Assembly (NCBI GenBank): GCA_964658305.1
Contig: OZ210885.1
Span: 992,001-1,056,000, forward strand
Origin: Leptogorgia sarmentosa
Taxonomy: Eukaryota
DNA: 64,000 nt
Direction: 5' to 3'
The position numbers were made by a program, and so were the translations under genes. The notes below the pieces were generated by a model that searched no databases, was not told where the DNA came from, and was given only the letters and a program-made list of their open reading frames with translations. Shown here piece after piece: positions 14,860 to 26,501 of this stretch (position 1 is its first letter; the number at the start of each line of letters is the position of its first letter).

Positions 14860-16050
14860 TAATAACACTCTAAGATAGATGCAATGTTTTAATAGTTATA
14901 ACAAAATATCACTTTGTGGCTGGTGAGTTGATGTACAACGACCCTGCGGGAGTTATTTGCTGACTCCCCCCTCCCGGTTTTATTTACAGGGACAAGCAGT
15001 TTTCGGAGAGAATTCGCTATTTACAGTCTTCGACTCTTCGTTTTGAATATGGAAGTTCGCCGAGGCGAACGGCAAAAATTGAATTTGGCTTGGTAAAAGA
15101 ATAAGGCCAATTTTTATACTTCTCCAAGCAGCAAAAGTTCTACTCACTATCTCAATGTTTATATTTGACGTATTTATTGTTTTATTACGCTCATCATCAT
15201 TGTGGGACTTGGTGAGTTCGATAATACGCATGCGTATCATAATTTGCCTGCAATTACAACAACAAGGTGCCAAGAAAAGATGTTCAAGGTAGGAATGCAT
15301 CTATTAATGATTTCTGTGGGTGAAATGTCTGTGTTTGGTGGGTAAAAAAGTCGAGATGATTATCGGTGTGAATATAATTTCATTTAGCCTAAAACAAATG
15401 ACCACACGAGCTTCTGTAGTTCTGTTGTGAATACATTTTATTTTGCCATTTTGAAAGCTACTAGTAGATATCACCACTTCAGCCCAGGAAATATTTCACC
15501 AAACACCTCACACTGCAGGTCTATAAATGATAGCTAATATTCTCCATGGCAAAGTCGCGGTGAATATTCGCAAATCATTCATTGAGCATAACTGAATATT
15601 TAGTATAAATACCGGAAAAGATTTATAGTTGATGTTACACCGGAATACATTTAACAACGATTCGCAAAGCAAATGAAGTTACTGGTTATTGGTTTGGCAG
15701 CCCTTTGCGGTGCAATTTGTGGCTAAAGATCGCTCCATATGTAACATTTAAGAAAAATCATAGGATAATATTGTACGTTACTAATGTTATAAGTGTCGTG
15801 ACGAAATTATTTCACCCTTTCCGAAAGCATGCGTTGGTCGCCGCTTCCAGTCGCTAAGCCTTATAATCATAAGTATAGCGAGAATTACTCTTTTGTTGCA
15901 GTTAGTAACGGCACCGTACCCTTTGAAATTTTAAATACGATATTCTCCGCCATATTTGTTTACATTTTTTACATAAATTAAAATTGGCATAAATTAAAAT
16001 TGTTCATACTCAATTTGATAATGGGGATACTACCTCGATTACACTATTAC

Positions 16051-16206
16051 AGTATCACCCGTTTCAGTGCCTTCGACATGGAACCGATGTCCATCCATAA
16101 CAATATCTCCAGTAAACTTGTGTGGGGCTGGGTGTACCACTTTGGTAGGGTGGGGTTTCGGCTTGAAGAATGTTGAATCAGTAGGGGCATGTGCCGGTGG
16201 GGTGAT
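16051..16206 (-). pseudogene. Duplicated fragment of the sulfatase-like gene exon 8 (copy of 17896-18060)
   Basis: Reads [52 protein letters not shown], then VIV*. It has a 9-bp in-frame deletion relative to the gene. An in-frame stop lies about a dozen codons upstream, and no phase-matching acceptor was found. Confidence 0.85.
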
Positions 16207-17113
16207 ATTATATCTTTCGTTATTCCGTATGAAACTAGTTTAAATTTTGTAGTTATGTTCGGTTATGAGAGCTATAGCACTGACAAAAATATGGAATTAT
16301 ATTACGGGAGATATTCTGTTGATCCAATCGGAAAATGGATTTTCTATCTGATAGCTAGTCGCAGTCCTTTTCCGTGTATTGAGATACCTGGAAGCAAATT
16401 CGTGCAATTTGATTGGCTTCTGACGAGGTAGAATTTTTCAAAAATTACTTGAGTAAATCAACACGGGTTCAACACGATTCGTAACACGTGAAAAGTTTTG
16501 CAGTGATTTTGCAGAAGCTTTTCAACTTTTGGATATCAACGCTTCGGGGGATACGAATTCTGGTTCCAGGCTTCGAGGGGTAAATCTCGTATACCCCTCA
16601 GATTTTCGGAATAAGTGTTTGTATTCTAGCACGTATCAATAGCATTAAAACAACACTTTTAAATTAATTTTATGGCCGAACAATTTCTCTTTTATTTGAA
16701 GAAATTTATCAATCGCTATTTTTACAAACAATCAAGGACCAAAATAATTATATTTTCCTTCCTATTTCAGTTAAGTTCATGAGTTTAACATGCCAAACTA
16801 CAAAAATAGAAAGTTTTCCAATTCGTATAAAGATGATGTCATCCTACCATCATATTTTTTTATTTCTCCTTTTTTCTGCTACTTCAAACTTAAACTGTAA
16901 TAAAACTGGTAGTACCCTCCGTTTTTCTGTTTGTACGGAGTATAGCTGCAAATGTGATGAGGTAGGTACACTAGTTGTTCCCATCTTCCAAGATCATTCT
17001 TTGAATAATATATAAGTTTCACCTGAACAGTGGAAGTGGAAATTCCCTATACCTATTCTTTGAACCCTACAAATTTTCTGACTAGTTCTAAGAGTTTCTT
17101 GACGAACCCTGAT

Positions 17114-20100
17114 CTACGATGCTCCTCCGGCATTAAGATTTTTTGCTCGCTGGAAATGTCTTGCGACTACCGCAATCATTGCAACTAGCGCCACCCCAAC
17201 GACCATTGCCGAAGCAATCACGACGATTACGACAGACGAAACGACAACAGCGTTATCTGAAGACTCCAGTTGAACTGGTTTCTCACAGTTTGTGTCATTC
17301 TGTTTCGTGATGTTACCACTGTTTACATTTTGATGTGACGTCACCGGTATATTCTTTGTTGGGCTATCAAATTCAGCAGCATCCTTTAACAATTTTCCGA
17401 CATTTTCTGACTTTTCAAGATTTCTTTCTGATCCCTTCTTTGATTTAGCCGGTTTATTTGCCTTTGGAGACTCGACAATGATATCGGTTACTTCACTATA
17501 ATCCGTCGAATCCACGGAAGCGACATTTTTGTCGACTGGTGTATCTTTCGGTTTTGAGACACTTGATTTTGGTGATGGAGTGGAGACACCTGGGTAGTTG
17601 GATGGATTATTATTCACTTCTAGAGAGTTGAAAAACATGAAGTTAGTATTTAGGGTATCGGCCAAAAGATGAAAAAAATCAGTAAACTGAAAGACTAATT
17701 AAATGTATAGTATACAATTAAAATTTATAATACTAATGCCATATTTTAAACGTTGAGATAGAAAATATGAAAATGAGTTTCATTTTCAAGTGCTACTTTC
17801 AAGTTTATTATTATTTATTAAGGATATAATGTCTTCCCCCTCCGCCAAATCTAAAGCAATTTCCTACCTGGGCCAAAATCTTTCATAAGCCAGTTAGTAT
17901 CACCCGTTTCAGTGCCTTCAACATGGAACCGATGTCCATCCATGACAATATCTCCAGTAAACTTGTGTGGTGCGGGGTGTACCACTTTGGTAGGGTGGGG
18001 TTTTGGCTTGAAGAATGTTGAAAGAGGTGAAGCAGGAGGGGCATGTGCCGGTGGGGTGATCTTCGGAGCTGGCGCTGGTTTCGAAGGGATTTTGGTTTCA
18101 GGTTTTTTCGGCTTCTTCAAAGTTGCCGATCCTGTATCGTGTTGATTGCTAGTTGCTTTTGTCTTCTCTTTATTTACATCGATGACATCGTAAATATTAT
18201 GGATAACGGGAATTTCTTTCGGTGCTTGACTTGCTGGTGGGTTGTCTGTCTCGTCAATGACGTCATACACTTGAGGGAGGTCAATTTTAATTTCATCCGA
18301 ATGTAATTTAGTTCCGAGGTTCGTTTCCCCTGTCGGAGTCTTTTTGTTATTTCTGCCACTGATTACTTCACCGAGAGACACTGGTTTGAATGGTTTGGAA
18401 GGCGGCTTGGTGGGGGACAGGTATTCTGATGTGGGCGAGATGACAGGTTCTTTACCGCTTCCAGCATCCTCCATTAGTACGTTCTGGATATCGATAACTG
18501 GAGGTTCAGTGGGTTTTACGCGCATAAAGCTGCTTTCGGTTGTAGGTTGTGTAAACGGAGCTGCAGTGGTCGGAGCTAACGGATTTATCTGTGGTTCAAT
18601 TAAGTTTCCAATGCCTTCTATTACAACGCTAGGTTCGACTTTCTGTACACTTGGAGAGGAGATGTTGTATGTCTGGTGTTTAGTTGTAGGCGGTGGTGGT
18701 GCCTTGTGGATGGGCGGTGGTACTGCTGTGTGATTTGCAAGAAGGTGCTTGTGGTTTTTGTGATGTTTGGTGATGTTTGCAAATTTCTTCGCTTTCTCTT
18801 TAAAGATTTTTTCATTATCAAGAGGAGTATATGGGGCACTACTACCTCCGTGATCGTTCATTTTAAGGTCAGCCATTGGATCCGGGTACACAAACTGCGA
18901 ATTCGTCGGTGGCATGTGAGGGTCATCACGCCAAAATGTCCAGCTACCGTCATGCATGTCGGGACGGGAAGAATTGTCCGAGTCTGGGTAGATTGGAGCT
19001 TTTGAAGCATTTGCAAAATGATAGAAGCGTTCTAACATAACTTTCATCGTATTTGGCATTATTTCAGCGATGTTATGGTATTCGCACGGATCCCATTTGA
19101 TGTTAAACAGACAAGGTCGTTCACGTGGTTTACATACTGGTGCATGAGTGAATAACAAAGGATGTGGTTCGCGAATGGTACAGTCCACTGTAGTACCTTT
19201 GGGGAATATAAAAAAATGTTTGTTATACACAATAATAACCGTTCACAATTTTAAGGATGGCACAATCAGCTCTGTTGACAAAAAAATTTCACGAAGTTTG
19301 AACGAATCTGGTAACACAACCTCTGCATAAAATATTCACTGAACTGCCAGTTCCTTGCTATTCAAGATTTACACACATTTAAAATTCAATTAAAACGTTG
19401 TACTCTACATATATTAATCTACTTTTTCACGAAGTACTCTTTCTTATTAGTTTTACCTTCAATGAGTTGCCTTCTTTTCCGTTTACTCATGCCTTTGGGT
19501 ATTGGAACTCCGGGTCTGGGATACCAATCCCCATAATAATTATCATCCTGGTTCACAATGAGTTTGTAGTCACCAACACGAAGAGCTCCGGACATTTCCG
19601 AGAAGGTGTCCACACCATGCAAAACTTCAAAACGAGGCGATGGTTCGGAATTTGAAATGGTTTCCCAAATGTTATAGCCGTCAATCTTTCCCAGAGTCTG
19701 AATGTTACCACCACCTGCAGCGTACAACGTTGGCAGCCAGTCTGTGGCATGAACAAGTTCCTCACAAATACGACCTAAAGCGGAGTACACTTGTACATTA
19801 GCACAAATCAGATTAAAAATAGCATTGTTTTATTGCAACTGCAATAGCTAATTCAAAATACACATTCTTTGACTAAATATTTTGATGAACGAGCTTTCGA
19901 CTACCTAACTGTAGCCTTTGACGGGTTAAAGCGGAGCAAGTTATTTACGATCTGACCGTCATATTTGTTTGCATAATAATTGCAGACACAGTTATTACGT
20001 AATTGCCGATGTGCAGTTACATGCTAACAATAAGGTGGCCAAATAAATTCACTTTATTTTTTTCACTGAATGAGACCTCTCGATATAATGTGTTAACACA

Positions 20101-22854
20101 CAGAGGAGTACAAATTTCTCTAAGCTGTTCTGGTTGAGATTGTTAAGTTTAGTTTATTAGTGCCATACTAACCTTTCTTTTTCAGCAGAGGACTGTAAAC
20201 AAAACCCACACCACGTACACCCCCTTCCCAAAAAGTGTTCTTGCCCCCTCTTAGTGGATAATTGGAACCAGCACTGTTGTCATATCCACCGGCAGCTCCG
20301 CCATTATCCGTTGTAAAGATAATGATTGTATTCTTCATCATTCCTTTCGCAGTCAAGGCATCTGTTAGTTCTTTTAGAGATTCATCTAATGTTGCTACCA
20401 TTCCTAAAACCAGAAAAAAATATCGTTCAAGTGACAAGAACTGAACCACAAACAAATTAGCATGGACCTCAGTAATGATTTCACCGTTTGCATACATTTA
20501 TGATAATGATATAGTTTTTAATACAAAAGATTCAGTCAAGAACTAATAATGCTATATGTTATGATACAAATTGCATTAAGAAATAAAAACCTGCAAATTT
20601 CCTTCTTGATAAATCTTTTATTCCAGCAAACTGTTTTACATATTTCTCTGGGACTTGTAAAGGATCATCTCCATTGCCAACATGTACTGCTTGATGAGCC
20701 AGATACAAAAACAATGGCTTTTTGTTGTCGTATTTATTGATGATGGTTGTCGCTTCTTTCGTGAAAAGTTCCGTACTATATTTGCCGCTTTCATTGTACA
20801 CCAACTGAAGCAAGAGAAAAACCCATTGGAATATCTTTGAGCAAAGCTACCGTTGAATGGTAGTAATAGAACTGTATATTCTTTCACCGATAAATGGATG
20901 TTCAAAAAAAACGGAATTGTCCCGTTCATCTGTGTTGCATTACGTCTTAAGCGCTTAATTTTGCTGGGGCAGGCATAAATAAATATAGCTATACTATTTA
21001 AAAAACGAGCAATCTAATCAGGGATGTTTTATGTGGGTTTAAAAAATAACAGAAAGACAGAAATACCAGACATGACCTACATTTTTTTCTTAATTAAAAA
21101 AAACTTTTTGTCCTTTTTGAGGGAAAACGAAATTCATCAAAACAAAATTCTTCTGAACAAAATATACTGCAAGTTTCTGAAAACACCCAAAACTTGCGAT
21201 AATTACGAACACTGAATTAGCAATAATAAATCAATTAGAAGCCAATTGTATTTTGTTATAATTATTTAGATATTTGTTATATTTATCTAGGATACAGAGT
21301 ATAATCGAATCAAAAAGTACCTGTAAATCTCTCCTCAGATCTAATCCATACCCATTATCATAGGAAACATGGGAATAATAATCTTCTGTATCCGTCCAAA
21401 AGCCAAAATATGAATCAAAACCGCGATATGTTGGCGTGTATTCTTTCGCGAAAAATCCCAAATGCCACTAAAGTTCACAAGGATAACGAACTTGTTAATA
21501 ACATAGTTAAGAGTATTGTTTTTTCTTTTGGGCCATGATCTGGCTGATGTGACCGTGAGGAATTAGGCGTGAAACATGCAACGCAATAGAAACCATTTTT
21601 TTTTATGAATTTATTTCCCTTTATGAAATCTGTTAAATGTTTAGTGAAGAAAAATGACAAATCTAGCTACCAGAAATTTGAAAACAAAATAAGTGAATAT
21701 AATTCAGTAGTTTGGATCGGAAAATGGATTTTTATTCGACAAGTAATTTCATAATAATTGTATACCTTTCCAACACCATGGGAGCTGTATCCTAATTCTC
21801 GTAACCGATTTGGTAACAACGATTCAGCCAGTGGTAAACCACTCGGCTGTTGATTATGAAAATCATCGTGTTGTAAACCTGAAAAGAAAAGATTGCAAAT
21901 CAGGAGTAATTAACTATTACGTTGAAATTGTTGAAGTCATGAATCAAAAGTGATTGTTGGAACAACTCTTAATAGATATACAATAACAAAACGTGCTAAA
22001 CATATAATATCGATTATCCATGCATACGAATCGAAAGCTTGAGAAAGTATCACTTGCCATGCAAACGAGTAATGAACTTATTATTAAGATATTTATATAT
22101 ATTATCTTATCGTATCAGCTGGTTACGAAAATATGTAGTTATATAAATGTGATGTGACGATGTCGTTGACTTACCAAGATGGCTGGCATATTTTCCAGTC
22201 ATAAAAGCTGCTCTACTCGGCGTAGACAAAGGTGAAACGTAATAATTATTGAGGACAACTCCATCCTTCGCAAGGCGGTCCAACGTTGGTGTTGGAATCT
22301 GATTTGAGCCATGAAAACTAACATCATCCCATCCCTAGATAAAGAAAAAGAAAATGGAAGATTTCGGAAAAACTAAACATGCATAGCATGGTTTGTCGAA
22401 TTAACACAGGAAATATTAATGAAGCAAGGATTTCTACAAGTCTTGCAAGATTGAGAGACTTCGGTATTGTTTGCTATTCTAAAAACTTGGATTCCGTTAT
22501 AGGCGGCCAGGTCGTGACTATCTCTCAGTTTGCTCCCAAGAGTTTGAGTTCGTTATTTATCTTCTGTTCCAACTTTGACCGGTAATATTAAAAATTTTTC
22601 TCATATGCATTTTGTCCCCACCTCCTTCCCCCGACAAATTAGTTTTTTGCTAGAACAGTCAAGTTGACAGCCAATAAAGGAGTTTAGCCCATTGATCTGC
22701 ATCTTGTTCCTTCCCCTCTATACTTACGAATAAATATTCTTACCAGGTCATCGGCAACGACCATAATAATATGAGGTTTTGTATATGCAGGTAGAACAGG
22801 AGACACTAAAACGAGACTTATAAAGCAGACAACCAAAGCCATCTTGGCTACCAT
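17114..22854 (-). CDS. Arylsulfatase B/I/J-family protein with Ser in place of the catalytic Cys, a long low-complexity stalk and a C-terminal transmembrane helix, ~1042 aa, 9 coding exons
   Basis: complement(join(17114-17619,17868-19196,19457-19774,20173-20403,20591-20804,21321-21467,21766-21878,22175-22334,22744-22854)). GT-AG introns, consistent phases, 3129 nt. Signal peptide [23 protein letters not shown]. Motifs [121 protein letters not shown]. Confidence 0.9.
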
Positions 22855-25561
22855 ATCGCCTGTGAAAGGAAGAAAACAACAGTTATGATAATACCCGTGC
22901 ACACAGGGCGAAATCGACTAATTGAAAGGCTAACAAATTCGGTCGTATATACTCATGCAGAATGAATATGAATTGTTTTAATCTGCCCTCCTTGTTTGCT
23001 TCATTTTGCCATTAACCATTGCCTCCAAATGGACAGTATTTTCATTCTGGAGATTACTTTCAGATAATGATTTGGAAGGACAGGAAGTACGGGAAATAGA
23101 AGATGAAGCGTACAAAATACATCAAACGTTGACCAGTTTAATTTTTGACTATCTTATATGGAGTGGAAAAGAAATGCATGAATTAAGCGGACAGTTTTAA
23201 AGGATTATGGATGCCCAGTACGACGGAGGTACATCAAGACGCGGTATTGTATATTTGCAGGAGTACATTGTGATATACAGGCTTTATAATACATGCAGGA
23301 CAAGTAACACTTAGTTGTAACACTTTTCTAGTTGTTCCCCCTGCATTGCAACGTGTCCGCTAAAACAATGTCTAATTCTTATCGAAAATTAACGTAATTT
23401 TGGCAAGAAGTTTATATGTTTACTTCTTTTACTTAAAATGTACGATTAAAACGATAAAAACAACAATTTTTCCCGCCTTGGAGATTTGTAAGCATCGTTT
23501 TGGCAAAATTCCTTTGTTGCCAGTATTAATAATTAACGACTTCGAGTCTTCGTTATTTACATTAAAATGTACACTATACAGTTACTACAATTGTTGGATG
23601 TAGAAAATTCCAAACAGAAATTCAGATTAATAAAATGTATAGAATCAAGTGAAATAGTTGTTGAAATGTATCCGTGCAAAATTATTTTTAAGTTCTTTTA
23701 CAGGTGCCTTAACTTTGATTTATATATATACGAAACTATTAGAGTCAAAACGTACAAGTTTGGCACGGTTTTTTATTGTCTCGGTATATATTTAAACTGT
23801 AGGATAAAAGCTTTTAAAATCACACTAAAAATTGCAAGCAAAGTTGCGACCACTGTATTATAATAATGATAATCATAGGCTTTTACAGTCAAGACAATGT
23901 AATTCAATAAATATGCAAATTGTAAGCGAAATGATATAATTGCATAGACAGTTACCTCGGAATTTATTTGTCATCATTGCTTAATCGCTGTGGAATTCAA
24001 GTTTTCATATTTTTCTGATGAGTAATGGTTTAGTCATCTGTCACCGAGTCTTCACGCTCCTGTGGTCTCGAGGTTTATGAAGCTATATCGTATGCAAAGA
24101 TCAACGTTGTGCAATGGAGTCAGTGAATTGGCAGGTGACCGGCTTGTGCGCTTGTCACATGAGCAGGTAGCGTTTAACGCTGCTGGATTTTACACAAAAT
24201 ATACCAACTCAACCGTAACTTGCTCAAAGTTTCAAAATAAACACAAAGAATTAAAAAAAATATGACAAATTTTTACTTTTTAACCAAATTCAATGGAATT
24301 TTAAGCCAGTGTTGACTATTAAAGCTACAGAATAATCCTGAGTATTTTTCAAAATTTATGTCAGCAAAATACATGTCCCGTGTGTTACCGGCTATAAACT
24401 AGATTTCGGCGTAAATTAGTTCTTCACTTGAACTTATATACATATTGACTTATTTATAGCGTAAATTTGGAAAGTAGATAGTTTTGTTGTTGAAACTGTA
24501 GGTATGTAAAATTATTCACTTATTTTTCTATATGCATGGGCTTCAAACGAACAAGGAACAGTTTAAGTATATCCGAACACAAATTCTAATGCAATAAGCT
24601 GTTATTTTGTGTGAAACATGCTTCGAAGATCGACGACTTAATACAAACTCAAGCCAAAATTGATTGTAGGAAATTTATCAATGGTAAAGGTATGCATGTA
24701 AAAGGTAATATCAGACGTTCATCCACAGCAGGTCACAATTTTAAGAATATTTTTATTTTCATCTGGGGCAGCCATCAAATTACAGGACAAGTTCAAAACA
24801 TGTACAATTTGGCGGGAAAATATGTCAGTTCCTTTGCGAACTTTTGTGATGACTTTTCTTCAAATCACTCCCGAAATAATTTCATTTCTAAATGAAATAC
24901 GCTGTTAATATTTCTTGCTTGAGTGGTTTGACCAGCACAAAGACAAATGTTTCTTGGTAAAAGGAAGTCATCAAGCGTGGAATTGTGTCAATACTTCTGT
25001 GGCTTGTTACCCGTCGTCGAACCAGCGCTCTCCACTAGAGCGTGGAGTATCTGCGCTAAAACCGAAGCAAACCAAGCATAGCAAAAAATTGAATCAGTGA
25101 ACAAAGAGAATATGGCATCATCTAAAAAACTACTCACTTGGTCCTTATTCAATTCTTTCGACACTTAAACGAATATAAACCTCTTATAACCGCATATGAA
25201 AGTGATAGCCTTACAGCCCTTACTACACGTACACATGTGTGAAACTACTTCGTGCAGGTTGCGGATAATAGCAGCAAAACGCAATAAAGATTATATTCAC
25301 GATAATAACTAAACGATAAAACAGATTCAACGTACCGTTTCGAACGAGCATATTTCGTTAACTGTCGTTAACGTCGCGGGCGACAAAGGCTGGTTCCCTC
25401 GAAACCGTAAAATCTGAGGCGGGGGGTGGGGGTGGGGGGGGGGGGATGTCAAATTATGCAATTCACGTTGAATTTCTTTCCTCAGTAATGCAACCTAATA
25501 GTTTTAGGTTGAACTACATCGGGCAGAAAAATACCAATCATTGATATGGGAACGCGTGTTC

Positions 25562-25999
25562 CAGAGACCGCGAGCGGGTTTAAATGTGTGGGGGAGGGGG
25601 GGGGGCAGAGTGACCTTTCCAGAAATTAATACTAAACTTCTAAATTCTCTCCTCTTGTTCCCCTCCCGTTTGAGCGGGAGGGTGTAGTATAACAGGGGAA
25701 GCAATTACCATGATGCACTTTACTATTGTTGGCGCCGAGTGAAAAAATGTTGAACATTGAAAACATGCATGTAGATCGCTGGAAACGGCCATTTCAGAGT
25801 CTTAGCACTACATTTTTGAGACCGAGTTAATAAGTTTTACAGACGACCATAATGAGGAGCGGGTTTGCAGCTCCACCTCTCTCAAACTTTATGCCTCTGC
25901 GCAATCTTAAACTAATGCAGAGGACTACTCTGTGCGATGATCAGTTCATGTGCCAAAAAGTGGGAGGGCCATGCCCCCCCCCCAGTTCCGCGGTCCCTG
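25562..25999. mobile_element. hAT-like MITE with a 5-bp target-site duplication (hAT5-like)
   Basis: TIRs CAGAGACCGCG (25562-25572) / CGCGGTCCCTG (25989-25999). TGTTC directly flanks both ends (25557-25561, 26000-26004). G- and C-rich subterminal tracts. Confidence 0.65.
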
Positions 26000-26501
26000 T
26001 GTTCAGGTTATTCGCCCTTTAGTAAAAATCCAGTTTAGGATAAGTGAGTGGTTAACTGCTTGGGAATTTATATCCGATCTGGATCCCTGGGATGGATATT
26101 TCCCATTATTTCTTTGCTCCAGTCAGCTACATCTTTGAAGCTTAGTGGCTATAGTAGTTCACCTGGATCGCACAGGCTCAGGTTCAACTCCTTCCCAACC
26201 ATTGCTGGCTGGAACCTCCAGAAAATTTACCCTAGTTCACCACTGCAAGTTAGACCAAACATTGAATCGAAATGAAAACCTTTTCTCAGAGTGTCCATTG
26301 TTTTAGTACTTTATAAAATTATTCATTGGTGACCCTAACTTTCGGGGAGATTCCAGTCTTTACAATTTTGTTTTCATGAGTATTAATTTTTGTAGAACGT
26401 TGCCAGAGATTTGCCAGGCGGCAAACGAATTCGTATGATAAATGTGAGAGCCCAACATATAACTTTTAACTTTGTTAATTTTTGTAGAACGTAGCAGAAT
26501 A

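Noticed and set aside
17912..19005. Several plus-strand and alternative-frame ORFs over sulfatase exon 8
   Set aside because: Antisense or shadow frames of a long Pro-rich coding exon, with no independent motifs.
17114..22854. Bacterial contamination or recent horizontal transfer explaining the Ser-type motif
   Set aside because: Eight spliceosomal introns, animal ARSB/J-type C-terminal motifs and animal neighbouring genes. Ser is one base from Cys.
2223..22854. Functional cluster of SCUBE and the sulfatase-like gene (Hedgehog / sulfated proteoglycan link)
   Set aside because: Only convergent adjacency supports it. It would need conserved synteny or co-expression, neither of which can be seen here.
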